Below the pieces are notes generated by a model, which saw only the letters and a list, made by a program, of their open reading frames with translations, made no database searches and was not told the DNA's origin. A DNA stretch of 64,000 bases from a virus: the IMG/VR virus record IMGVR_UViG_3300034954_001721; one strand, 5' to 3'. Below, one piece after another: positions 1 through 8,292 of this stretch; position 1 is the first letter of the stretch; every line of letters starts with the position of its first letter. A program made the position numbers and the translations under genes.

Positions 1-2
1 TT

Positions 3-476
3 GCTGATGAGTTTAACTCTCTCGTCCGATCACTTAATAAGGTCGGAGCTAAAGTTTTTCTAGCAGATATGCGATACTTCCCAGTTGGTCATCGTGGTGT
101 CTATCATACCGTAAGTAACAACTTCTTTTTGAATGTTGCTCATATGCATCGTCCTGGAGTGATGATGTCAGTAATGCGTCATGAAGGATGGCACGCTGCT
201 CAGGACTGTATGGCAGGAACTATCAATAATAACTTCATTGCTATTATTAGAAATCAAGAAGATGTCCCAAAGATGTATCAGGCAATCGCAAAGAGTGCTT
301 ATGCGTCTCAACCACATGCTATTCCTTGGGAGAAAGAAGCATACTGGGCAGGTCACACTGAGGGTATGACTGCTGCAGCACTTGAATCTTGTGCGGCAGG
401 AACGATGTGGACTGATTATGAACCTACGCCAATGACCCGTGAATGGTTAGTTGAAAATGGATTCATTGCTAAATAA
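3..476 (+). CDS. Partial (5' end outside window) hypothetical protein with HEXXH zinc-metallopeptidase-like motif
   Basis: Frame is open from position 3 (ADEFNSLVRS...) into ORF 69..476; contains RHEGWHAAQ and a downstream EKEAY Glu. Confidence 0.6.
   Translation, partial: ADEFNSLVRSLNKVGAKVFLADMRYFPVGHRGVYHTVSNNFFLNVAHMHRPGVMMSVMRHEGWHAAQDCMAGTINNNFIAIIRNQEDVPKMYQAIAKSAYASQPHAIPWEKEAYWAGHTEGMTAAALESCAAGTMWTDYEPTPMTREWLVENGFIAK
469..475 (+). promoter_or_regulatory. T4-like late promoter (CTAAATA)
   Basis: TAAATA core at the gene end, just upstream of an intergenic region. Confidence 0.5.
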
Positions 477-586
477 TATCATTCGCTGCAGATAGCGAAC
501 AAAAACCACCCAAGACAAATCCTTTGAATTAATCCCCTCTAAGTCTTATAATGTAGGGGTTTGTTGTTGGAAAACTATTCTTACAT

Positions 587-781
587 ATGACACATTTAAC
601 GAGAGATGTGTTAATCAAGAAAATCGTTGCCGATGAAATGGTCGGTCTCGGTGGAACTGATTACCTCCAAAACTTAAAAAGTGCATATCACAAATGGGAA
701 CATCAAGGCAGTGATGTTCTTTGTCAAAGATACAATCAAATAAACGATACAAATATCTCTGTAGAAATTCTTGACCCCTAA
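587..781 (+). CDS. Hypothetical cyanophage protein
   Basis: 64 aa ORF preceded by TTGAAT-N17-TATAAT (524-552). Confidence 0.6.
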   Translation: MTHLTRDVLIKKIVADEMVGLGGTDYLQNLKSAYHKWEHQGSDVLCQRYNQINDTNISVEILDP

Positions 782-784
782 ATA
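778..784 (+). promoter_or_regulatory. T4-like late promoter (CTAAATA)
   Basis: About 20 nt upstream of ATG 806. Confidence 0.6.
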
Positions 785-805
785 AAGCTGCCTTGTACGC
801 AACCA

Positions 806-1270
806 ATGCCAGAAGAAGTTAAGAAGGACGAAGTTAAAAAGGAAGAACCGAAAAAGAAGAGTGCTCTTGAAAAACTGAAGGAAAAAGCAGGTGACTCTGA
901 AGAGCATCTTGCAATTCTTTCAACCTTTGTTCGTTTAGGTATTCTGGTTTGGTCTGGTGGAATTTTAACATTGAACTATGTTACTATTCCTGGTTTCCCA
1001 CAAGGAAAGATTGATCCCACGTTTATAGCTAGCGTTTTTACTGGAGTTTTAGCTACCTTCGGGGTTCAGACTGCTAAGAACAAAAATGGTAACGGTAGTA
1101 GTGCCCCTTCTGGTGGTGTGAGCAAATCCGACCTGGAGAAACTAATCAATGCAGCCGCTCAAACTGCACCTGCTCAAACGATTAGGATTGAACAAGCACC
1201 ACTCCAAATCGGAGGAAATCCACCAGCACCTCAAGGACCAGCAAAATCTGACGACACCTACAAGATGTAA
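806..1270 (+). CDS. Hypothetical membrane protein (2 TM)
   Basis: Hydrophobic segments LAILSTFVRLGILVWSGGILTL and PTFIASVFTGVLATFGV; charged N-terminus. Confidence 0.7.
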   Translation: MPEEVKKDEVKKEEPKKKSALEKLKEKAGDSEEHLAILSTFVRLGILVWSGGILTLNYVTIPGFPQGKIDPTFIASVFTGVLATFGVQTAKNKNGNGSSAPSGGVSKSDLEKLINAAAQTAPAQTIRIEQAPLQIGGNPPAPQGPAKSDDTYKM

Positions 1271-1274
1271 TGTT

Positions 1275-1829
1275 ATGAATATGAAGTGGGCGACATTGAC
1301 AGTGGGAGCATTATTTGGATTTGCTCATATTGGAATTCTTGGACATATTCTTACCAAACCACAATATCCTGTAATTAATTTTCCAGATGGTGATTATTCC
1401 TCATTTACGGTTAAATCTGGAAAAGATGGTTATCATATTGAATATAAGGCAAACGATCCTACTGTATTAGAATCAACTAGATCTTTGAATGTTGATAAAG
1501 ATAAACGTGGTTTATTTGGTCCTACTACTGAAATGCGTCGTGAGTTCCGCAATGATCAATACACGATGGACGGGACTCGTAATATAGGAGGTGCTGTAGA
1601 CTCTGAGGGAAAGTCCCTTGCAAAAAGCGAAGAGTGTATCAGGGCGGACGCTGGAGCACGGTCACAAGGTGCAATGGCAGGGACCGCAATTAGTGCTGGT
1701 GTAGTAGTGCCTGCTGTTGCTAGTATTCCTTATATTGGATGGTTAGCATCTGGTTGGGCATTATTGCTAGGACAGAAGGCAGGAGAAACTATTGGATCTG
1801 AAGTTGGTTCTTCATTCAGTGATTGTTAA
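1275..1829 (+). CDS. Hypothetical exported/membrane protein with C-terminal glycine-zipper-like segment
   Basis: Start moved to ATG 1275 (MNMKWATLTVGALFG); C-terminal GAMAGTAISAG...GETIGSEVG. Confidence 0.65.
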   Translation: MNMKWATLTVGALFGFAHIGILGHILTKPQYPVINFPDGDYSSFTVKSGKDGYHIEYKANDPTVLESTRSLNVDKDKRGLFGPTTEMRREFRNDQYTMDGTRNIGGAVDSEGKSLAKSEECIRADAGARSQGAMAGTAISAGVVVPAVASIPYIGWLASGWALLLGQKAGETIGSEVGSSFSDC

Positions 1830-2035
1830 TGAATTTATTTCTTCGTCCTTTAGAAGATCCTAACGGAGTAACGTGGAGTATTATCTGGTCATTGGTAATA
1901 CTTCTTATTGGCGTTTCTTATTACATATATACAATTATGAAACTGGCTTACCAGGAGTTAGAAGATGCCAAATCAAATTCAGATGAAGGACGCAGAACAG
2001 GATCAGGAGATAGTACTTCTGAAACATCGCATTGA
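1829..2035 (+). CDS. Small single-TM hypothetical protein
   Basis: TAATG overlap with upstream gene; hydrophobic WSIIWSLVILLIGVSYYIY. Confidence 0.6.
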   Translation: MNLFLRPLEDPNGVTWSIIWSLVILLIGVSYYIYTIMKLAYQELEDAKSNSDEGRRTGSGDSTSETSH

Positions 2036-2231
2036 AGAGTCTGAACAAAAATCTGAAGAACTTCGTCAAAGAGTTCGTAAACTTGAAAGGTGGGTCTGGG
2101 GTGCTGGTGCTGTTATATCAGCAGTAATTACAATTATCGGATTAGCAATGGCGGCAGACGCCAAGGAGATGAATTATGGGAGCAATGACCCCACCAAGCA
2201 GGAAGTCGTGTTACAACTTTCGTGTAGTTGA
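1965..2231 (+). CDS. Coiled-coil plus TM hypothetical protein
   Basis: Charged heptad N-half followed by WVWGAGAVISAVITIIGLAM. Confidence 0.55.
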   Translation: MPNQIQMKDAEQDQEIVLLKHRIEESEQKSEELRQRVRKLERWVWGAGAVISAVITIIGLAMAADAKEMNYGSNDPTKQEVVLQLSCS

Positions 2232-2634
2232 AATCAACAGAGTTGTTGATGGAGATACCATTGATGTTACAATTGATTTAGGATTTGATCTTTTTAAAAA
2301 AGAGAGAGTCAGAGTTGCTGGTGTTGATACACCAGAAAAACGTACAAGAGATCTTGAAGAAAAGGAATTAGGTTATGATGCAACAAATTGGATTAAAGAA
2401 CATCTTGACTCAGCTATTGCTGGAGAAGAAGATCTTGTTATCCGAACTGAGCTTGTGGGTGGAATGGGCAAGTACGGCAGACTCCTTGGATGGTTGTACA
2501 TTGGAGACCAAGAAACTTCCCTTAATGAGCAAATGATTGAAGAAGGTTATGCCTGGGCATATGATGGAGGAACAAAACAGAAAAACTTTGAAGAACTAAG
2601 AGAAATTCGTCGTACCAAAGGTACGTTAATCTAA
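2176..2634 (+). CDS. Thermonuclease/SNase-like endonuclease
   Basis: Motifs VVDGDTI, RVAGVDTPE, KYGRLLG, LNEQMIEEGYA. Confidence 0.9.
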   Translation: MGAMTPPSRKSCYNFRVVEINRVVDGDTIDVTIDLGFDLFKKERVRVAGVDTPEKRTRDLEEKELGYDATNWIKEHLDSAIAGEEDLVIRTELVGGMGKYGRLLGWLYIGDQETSLNEQMIEEGYAWAYDGGTKQKNFEELREIRRTKGTLI

Positions 2635-2885
2635 TGCAAAAAGTAATCAATGTACTCGCACTTGCGTCTTTTGCTGTATCTGGTGCCATCGTTGCTGGTG
2701 GTGCTTATGTATATCTTAACAAAGATGCAATGATTGAAAGTGCTAAAGCAGCAGCAACTAAAGCAGCAACCGAAGCAGTTGCAGGAGCACTCCCTGGAAT
2801 GTTAGATGCTGCCATGCCTGAGATGCCTGAAGTAACTGGTGGTGCAATTGGTGTGCCTGGTGGTGGTTCTGCTCTTCCTTTCTGA
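2634..2885 (+). CDS. Hypothetical membrane-anchored protein
   Basis: N-terminal hydrophobic helix; Ala/Pro/Met-rich tail. Confidence 0.65.
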   Translation: MQKVINVLALASFAVSGAIVAGGAYVYLNKDAMIESAKAAATKAATEAVAGALPGMLDAAMPEMPEVTGGAIGVPGGGSALPF

Positions 2886-2928
2886 GAACTCTATGAGACC
2901 TGATATATAATGCAGTTATTATATTGAT

Positions 2929-3045
2929 ATGACTGTATCTAAACCTAGAAGAAGAACTAAACCTCAGGGTGATAATAGATTTTTTCTTTATGTAATGTTC
3001 TATCACTTCTTCGGTGGACTTGCTGGTATTTTTAAAGATGATTGA
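2929..3045 (+). CDS. 38 aa hypothetical peptide (not in ORF track)
   Basis: MTVSKPRRRTKPQGDNRFFLYVMFYHFFGGLAGIFKDD; TGATG overlap with next gene. Confidence 0.5.
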   Translation: MTVSKPRRRTKPQGDNRFFLYVMFYHFFGGLAGIFKDD

Positions 3046-3812
3046 TGGCAGAAATCCCTGAAATTAGAGTCCGATCTGTGGATGTTCCACGGGTTCCTGA
3101 TTATTTGATGGCACCACCACAGGCAATTCCAAATTCTGTTCCTGTTACGGTTCAGATAGGATTTCCTGTGGTGGATCTTCCTGGTTGTGTTGAATCACAT
3201 GAAACAAAGAATGCTAAAAATAATCAAATTAAGAATGATGATAGGAGGGGAGTTTTAACTTTTTGTGATGGACAAATCCCATCATTCAATCCAATAAATT
3301 TTAATGAGGAAGTAGAGTTACCAACTCCCAAACCATCTATTCCTCCATATAAGGCACCAGAACTTCCTGGAGTACCAGAAATTCCTAAAGATGCCATACC
3401 AAAACCAAAAAAGGAAGAGGTGCCTTGTCCTGGTCCTAATGCACCTAGGATAGGTGATGTAGCACAAAATAAGAAAGAGAAGGTTTCTGGATTTGAATTG
3501 CAGACTGTAAATGGTCAGCAGATATGTGTAACTCTCTACGAACCAATTTCATTTACAGAGCAATATCTACCAGCACCACAAGTTGTAGCAACAACTGCTG
3601 GTATTGCTGCTGTCGCAACTACATCTGCTTTATTAGCAAAACCAGTAGCAGACCTTTTACTTAAGGTAGTAAAACCACTGGTAAAGAAAACAATTAAAAA
3701 AATTACTGCCAAGTTGGGTAAAAAACAAAAAGTTTTGAGTGTATCTGAGAGGAAAGAAGTTCAGAGAGAACTATCTCAGGCAGTTAGAATTATGAAAAAT
3801 ATGAAGAGATAA
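3045..3812 (+). CDS. Pro-rich hypothetical protein with C-terminal hydrophobic and basic segment
   Basis: About 255 aa; ends tail-to-tail with the minus-strand gene at 3813. Confidence 0.7.
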   Translation: MAEIPEIRVRSVDVPRVPDYLMAPPQAIPNSVPVTVQIGFPVVDLPGCVESHETKNAKNNQIKNDDRRGVLTFCDGQIPSFNPINFNEEVELPTPKPSIPPYKAPELPGVPEIPKDAIPKPKKEEVPCPGPNAPRIGDVAQNKKEKVSGFELQTVNGQQICVTLYEPISFTEQYLPAPQVVATTAGIAAVATTSALLAKPVADLLLKVVKPLVKKTIKKITAKLGKKQKVLSVSERKEVQRELSQAVRIMKNMKR

Positions 3813-4688
3813 TTATTCGATTGCACCACCAAGGTCTTCTGCTTTCCTTGATGTTCTTGTAGGTTTAGGAATAGTATGAACGTGTGGTTTAATATGATTT
3901 ACGTTCTGAACTACCACGTCTGCACATATTTTATAATAAGGACTTCTTGGATGAAAAGTTATTCCCTCCTTTATCAACTGGCCACAATTTTTGAGCCTGG
4001 CGATCTCAAAATCTAATCTCTTATTGGCTGCTGCCTGTCTCATTAAATCAATGTTTGCCGCGGCCGCTTCTTTACATTGATCTTGTAAAGTCTTATCTAA
4101 TGGTGAACTCCAAGTCATAGAGAAACCAATACTTAAATTATAATTATCCTTCTGTCCAGTTCTTACCGGAACTTTATATAAAATATCGCCAGGATTGTCT
4201 GGTGCGCCATCCCCGATTGCTTCTCCATCATCATCAAAATCTCCGGACAAATCTCTCATATCATAAACATTATCATAGTATTGTCCCTGAAATGGTTTTT
4301 GGGCGGATACTGCTCCTGTTACATACGGCGTAAAGTTCATAGTGGGACCTTGACACTGGATCCCTCCGCCGTAAGTATTAGTGATATATGGGCCTTGTAA
4401 AACCTGAATTGCCTGATTAGTGACTGAGCCTGAACTATTCGCCACAGGCGCAGCAGTCGCACTTACACCTCCGACTTCCGCACTTGCAGGTAGGGCATTC
4501 GCAATACTTGTTAGACATAAGATTACTGGGAGAAAATACTTGTTGTAGTTGTTATACTTTCTACTTCTGTCGTCCTTTGGATAATCGTCTGGTTGCTTAA
4601 TCCTGGGCCTTGATAGGTTTCCGTGAACTGGAAGGCATTTCCAGGATTTGTTTGTGTAAAGGATGGTTTGCTCGTCACACCTGTCCAT
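3813..4688 (-). CDS. Hypothetical exported protein, possible oligomeric outer-membrane channel subunit; true start uncertain
   Basis: Signal-like KYFLPVILCLTSIANALPASA near 4545-4485; PTMNFTPY...SIGFSMTWSSPLD followed by helix. Confidence 0.65.
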   Translation of the reverse strand: MDRCDEQTILYTNKSWKCLPVHGNLSRPRIKQPDDYPKDDRSRKYNNYNKYFLPVILCLTSIANALPASAEVGGVSATAAPVANSSGSVTNQAIQVLQGPYITNTYGGGIQCQGPTMNFTPYVTGAVSAQKPFQGQYYDNVYDMRDLSGDFDDDGEAIGDGAPDNPGDILYKVPVRTGQKDNYNLSIGFSMTWSSPLDKTLQDQCKEAAAANIDLMRQAAANKRLDFEIARLKNCGQLIKEGITFHPRSPYYKICADVVVQNVNHIKPHVHTIPKPTRTSRKAEDLGGAIE

Positions 4689-4960
4689 GTTGAAGTCACT
4701 CCGTCAATAGTTACTGTATTTGTTCCAGTTCCAGGTGAAAGATTTCCTGATGCTGTAACTCCACTTCCTGTAGCAGAATATTGATATCCTGTATTATAAT
4801 CCATCGAATTGATGGTTTCAACAACTTTAGATTTGGTCTCAGTTGTGCTGGTCATTGATCCCTGAGTAAAATTTGGGACCACTGGAACTGCATTTGCAGC
4901 AGTCCCTTGCAATACACCAAGAATCAACCCTAAACCGATTGCTTCCTGTAATCTAGTCAT
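4523..4960 (-). CDS. Secreted Thr/Ser/Gly-rich beta protein
   Basis: Signal peptide ending TAANA; AFQFTETY motif. Confidence 0.75.
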   Translation of the reverse strand: MTRLQEAIGLGLILGVLQGTAANAVPVVPNFTQGSMTSTTETKSKVVETINSMDYNTGYQYSATGSGVTASGNLSPGTGTNTVTIDGVTSTWTGVTSKPSFTQTNPGNAFQFTETYQGPGLSNQTIIQRTTEVESITTTTSIFSQ

Positions 4961-4972
4961 TGTTATTTAACC

Positions 4973-5470
4973 TCAGTCAATAACCGTGATTTCCGAAACG
5001 AATTGTCCTATTGCCGTAGAACCAGCTCCGCCAGCCGTCACCGTAAGAACATTTGCCGAGGTTACAGTACCAGCAAGATCACCAGTAGTACCAGCAGTAT
5101 AAGATGTCTGACCCGTCAGATTACCAACAGTTCCTACAGTAGGAGCACTAGTTGGGATTGCATCAGCCTGGGTATAAGATTGACTGAAGGAGAATGCTGC
5201 TCCAGGAGTATCCTGAGTTGCTGCAATCGTTCCTGGTGAATAAACACCATTAGTGATAGTACCAGCAGAAACTGTGTTTGCAGTTGATCCGTCCGTGGTG
5301 TCAATATTTGTTCCGGAAATACTGAACGATGAACCAATTCTTGATGCGGTAGTTTTTGCAGCATCAACTGAAAGTTGAACACTTGATGCATGTTTGCTAA
5401 CCAAACCACCTGCATTTGCTACAGAAGTGGTCATCAAAACCATACCAAAAGCAAGTAATGCTTTTTTCAT
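4973..5470 (-). CDS. Secreted Thr/Ser/Gly/Ala-rich beta protein
   Basis: Start revised to ATG 5470 (MKKALLAFGMVLMTTSVANA signal peptide); AFSFSQSY motif. Confidence 0.75.
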   Translation of the reverse strand: MKKALLAFGMVLMTTSVANAGGLVSKHASSVQLSVDAAKTTASRIGSSFSISGTNIDTTDGSTANTVSAGTITNGVYSPGTIAATQDTPGAAFSFSQSYTQADAIPTSAPTVGTVGNLTGQTSYTAGTTGDLAGTVTSANVLTVTAGGAGSTAIGQFVSEITVID

Positions 5471-5496
5471 AAATTTGTAGTATAATTCTATGGCTT

Positions 5497-5503
5497 TATT
5501 TAG
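5497..5503 (-). promoter_or_regulatory. T4-like late promoter for the minus-strand trio
   Basis: CTAAATA on the minus strand about 27 nt upstream of ATG 5470. Confidence 0.6.
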
Positions 5504-5505
5504 TA

Positions 5506-6072
5506 TTGGGTAAATTGTATCATAACGTACTAGACAAAAATATATTTCCAAGTTTTGTATGCTCATGCATTCCACAGATTGATATGATGTCTGTACTTGA
5601 AGAGGCATATGTTATTGAAAATAGATATCCATCAGAAGAAGTATCTAATGAGGGAGGATATCATTCCCCAACTTTTGTGGGAACTTCTTTTTCTTCATTA
5701 TATGATGTTGTTAAACAGTTTTCTAACGATGTCCTTCAGCAAAAAAATCTTGGATTGACTGTAGAAAATATTGAATATTGGTGTAATATCAATAAGTGTT
5801 ATAACTATAATGTAATGCATTCTCATGGTCGTGCTGATTTAATTGGCATTTACTACGTTAAAGTTCCTCCACAATCTGGACAATTTGTAGTTTTGAGAAA
5901 TGATGGATCGCAATATTGTAATCTTTACGAAAACCGTAATGACATGTTAGAATATATTACCGAACCTGAAGAAGGTCGGTTGTATATTTTACCTGGACAC
6001 TTTTGGCACTATGTAACTGGTAACAACAGTAAAGAAGATAGAATTTCAATCTCATTTAATATCTACACATGA
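5506..6072 (+). CDS. 2OG-Fe(II) oxygenase (TIGR02466-like)
   Basis: WCNIN, HSH, GIYYVKVP, LPGHFWHYV, RISISFN. Confidence 0.85.
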   Translation: MGKLYHNVLDKNIFPSFVCSCIPQIDMMSVLEEAYVIENRYPSEEVSNEGGYHSPTFVGTSFSSLYDVVKQFSNDVLQQKNLGLTVENIEYWCNINKCYNYNVMHSHGRADLIGIYYVKVPPQSGQFVVLRNDGSQYCNLYENRNDMLEYITEPEEGRLYILPGHFWHYVTGNNSKEDRISISFNIYT

Positions 6073-6509
6073 TTAAAAAATTTGCAGAACTTCTTGGTAT
6101 CTCTAAAGAACAACCAAAAATGGAAGTAGAAACTCAAACTACACTTCTTCAGAAAAAAGCAGGTACTTATAAAGAAAAGAAAGAAGAAGGGGAAGCATTT
6201 AAACAAGATGCTATCAATTATTACACAGGTGTTCCTGCTCCTGCATATTTGGAGGATGATCCCTGGTTTGGTCCTGCTCCCAATTTAACTGAAAAGCAGC
6301 AAGATTATATGGAGCAAGAAACGCTAATCAAGCAACAGGAAGAACAGGAACGTTCTGAAGATACTTGCGAATCACACGATATTCATGCTAAGATGTACGA
6401 GATTGCAACTCAGAACTGGACCACCGTAGCGGAAACCCAAGGCGGTTCCGAAAACTTTCAAGAAGGTCCTGGTGGTTGGAATTCTGGAACTGGTTTAGCA
6501 CAGTTTTAA
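6069..6509 (+). CDS. Hypothetical acidic protein
   Basis: 146 aa ORF, ATGA overlap. Confidence 0.6.
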   Translation: MIKKFAELLGISKEQPKMEVETQTTLLQKKAGTYKEKKEEGEAFKQDAINYYTGVPAPAYLEDDPWFGPAPNLTEKQQDYMEQETLIKQQEEQERSEDTCESHDIHAKMYEIATQNWTTVAETQGGSENFQEGPGGWNSGTGLAQF

Positions 6510-6511
6510 CG

Positions 6512-6540
6512 TTGACAATCTACGCCCTGTAGTGTAGAAT
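6512..6540 (+). promoter_or_regulatory. Sigma70-like early promoter
   Basis: TTGACA-N17-TAGAAT. Confidence 0.75.
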
Positions 6541-6546
6541 ACTTTT

Positions 6547-6936
6547 ATGATTTTAGAAACCATTTTGGCATTAACGCCACTTGATTATGATCATCTTGCT
6601 CGTGCCGTTCAGGTAGAAGCAGCACCCAATACTCGTGATGAGTTTTGTGTTGCTGTTTCAATTTTGAATCGTGTTCGTTCTCCGCATTTTCCAAATACGG
6701 TAGCGGATGTTGTTTATGCGCCTGGACAGTATGAGGGATTCCGCTTTTGGAATCCTGTAGCAAAGAAAAGTGTTGTTGAGCGTCTCAAGAAAAATGAGAA
6801 CTTGCTTGCAGCATACTCGGTGATTGGTGATCGAACTGATTTCAAAGGTCAATCGCAACTCCCATATAGAATTATATCCGAGGATCCAATGTGTGATCCA
6901 AAGGGAAACTTCTTCCATTATCATTGGCAGGGGTGA
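6547..6936 (+). CDS. Cell wall hydrolase, SleB/Hydrolase_2 family
   Basis: LARAVQVEA, AVAVSILNRV, FPNTVADVVYAPGQY. Confidence 0.85.
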   Translation: MILETILALTPLDYDHLARAVQVEAAPNTRDEFCVAVSILNRVRSPHFPNTVADVVYAPGQYEGFRFWNPVAKKSVVERLKKNENLLAAYSVIGDRTDFKGQSQLPYRIISEDPMCDPKGNFFHYHWQG

Positions 6937-6944
6937 CCCTCCTT

Positions 6945-7018
6945 GACTCAATAGCTCAGCTGGATAGAGCAACTGCCTTCTAAGCAGTCGGTCGTAGGTT
7001 CGAATCCTACTTGAGTCG
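6945..7018 (+). tRNA. tRNA-Arg(TCT)
   Basis: Acceptor GACTCAA/TTGAGTC; anticodon loop CTTCTAA; T arm GGTTCGAATCC. Confidence 0.95.
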
Positions 7019-7032
7019 TTTGTCTTCTTACT

Positions 7033-7203
7033 ATGGACCCAGTTAAAATATTACTTCTACTATCTGAATTAGAAGGCAGTTCTGCTCATTTGGGCAACTT
7101 GGGTTTTGAAGAGGACAAAGAAGTTCTTAACGAAATGAAGGGTAGGTACTACAAACTATACTTCAAACTCTGTAAAGAACAAGGGAGAAATCCCTACGGA
7201 TAA
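7033..7203 (+). CDS. 56 aa hypothetical protein between tRNAs (not in ORF track)
   Basis: MDPVKILLLLSELEG...GRNPYG; stop abuts tRNA-Asn. Confidence 0.55.
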   Translation: MDPVKILLLLSELEGSSAHLGNLGFEEDKEVLNEMKGRYYKLYFKLCKEQGRNPYG

Positions 7204-7275
7204 TCCTCTGTAGCTCAGCGGTAGAGCCGACGACTGTTAATCGTCTGGTCGCAGGTTCGAATCCTGCCGGGGGAG
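7204..7275 (+). tRNA. tRNA-Asn(GTT)
   Basis: Cloverleaf; anticodon stem GACGA/TCGTC with loop CTGTTAA. Confidence 0.95.
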
Positions 7276-7522
7276 TTAGGAACTTGAGACGTTCCAACCA
7301 AGGTGCTCATCGGTTCGGATATACCGAAACCCTGTAGGTGAGGGTAAACCCCCTTGGATATTCACAACGGAAATTGTGTCTTACTCCATTACAAACTGTC
7401 AGAATGTTGGGTTGAGTGCCCCGTCCTCAATCAGGCGCTTGGTTGAGAAACACATTCGGATAAGTGTAATGTATTATATAAGACCATGGAGTAATCCTAA
7501 ACTACAGGTTGGTTCACCTGTA
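7276..7522 (+). ncRNA. Putative highly structured ncRNA between tRNA-Asn and tRNA-Thr
   Basis: No convincing ORF; about 9 complementary helices and a possible pseudoknot (see findings). Confidence 0.6.
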
Positions 7523-7524
7523 TT

Positions 7525-7597
7525 GCCTCCGTAGCTCAGCTGGTAGAGCAGGTCTTTTGTAAAGATCAGGTCGCAGGTTCAAGTCCTGTCAGAGGCT
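7525..7597 (+). tRNA. tRNA-Thr(TGT)
   Basis: Cloverleaf; loop TTTGTAA; C6:A67 acceptor mismatch. Confidence 0.92.
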
Positions 7598-7625
7598 TGA
7601 CAATCTGAAATGATTGTTATATTAT
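7597..7625 (+). promoter_or_regulatory. Sigma70-like early promoter
   Basis: TTGACA-N17-TATTAT upstream of tRNA-Gly. Confidence 0.7.
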
Positions 7626-7673
7626 AGGTTCATCCGTGTGAAGGATGTGTCTGGGGATTAATCCCCACCACCT

Positions 7674-7745
7674 GCGGGTGTAGTTCAGTGGTAGAACGTC
7701 AGCCTTCCAAGCTGAATGTCGTCGGTTCGAACCCGATCTCCCGCT
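7674..7745 (+). tRNA. tRNA-Gly(TCC)
   Basis: Cloverleaf; loop CTTCCAA; T6:T67 mismatch. Confidence 0.92.
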
Positions 7746-7780
7746 TTCTGGTTAACCGTAAAACCAGAATTTATACCTAG

Positions 7781-7788
7781 TATAAATA
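7781..7788 (+). promoter_or_regulatory. T4 late promoter TATAAATA
   Basis: Exact consensus, upstream of the OMP-like gene. Confidence 0.65.
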
Positions 7789-7893
7789 TTACACCTTTTG
7801 AAGATTTACAACAAAAGGTAACAACAGGGAGTTGTCGATTCCCTTTCCATCTGCGGGTAATCATTCCGCAAGTAAAAAACGAGGTTTAAACAA

Positions 7894-8259
7894 ATGATCA
7901 AATCTGTATTCGCAGCAACTGCTGCTCTGTCTATGTCCGCAGGCGCTGCCCTTGCAGGTCCCTACGTCAACGTGGAAACGAATGCCGGTTGGGTAGGCGA
8001 CGATTATTCCGGAGCAACCACAGATCTTCATATTGGCTATGAAGGAGAAGTTGGTGCTGCCGCATACTACGTCCAGGCGGGTCCAGCAGTCGTTTCTGTT
8101 GATGGTCAAGAGTCCGAAACTCAATTCTCTGGTAAAGCAGGTCTTGGCGTTCCCGTTAGCGATGCTATCGGAGTGTATGGAGAAGTTTCCTTCCTGACTG
8201 CAGACGATAAGGATGATCTGGGTCTTGGCGGTAAGTTGGGTGTTAAGTACAACTTCTGA
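7894..8259 (+). CDS. Small outer-membrane beta-barrel-like protein
   Basis: Signal peptide ending AALA; alternating amphipathic strands; C-terminal GVKYNF beta-signal; GAGG SD. Confidence 0.75.
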   Translation: MIKSVFAATAALSMSAGAALAGPYVNVETNAGWVGDDYSGATTDLHIGYEGEVGAAAYYVQAGPAVVSVDGQESETQFSGKAGLGVPVSDAIGVYGEVSFLTADDKDDLGLGGKLGVKYNF

Positions 8260-8292
8260 TCCCATTTTTCTAGTTAATAAGGATATCCTAAC

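Noticed and set aside
5471-5608. N-terminal extension of ORF 4973..5608
   Set aside because: Overlaps the divergent oxygenase and the late promoter; the signal peptide starts at 5470
7861-8265. Minus-strand 134 aa ORF
   Set aside because: Antisense of the OMP-like gene, which has SD, signal peptide and terminator
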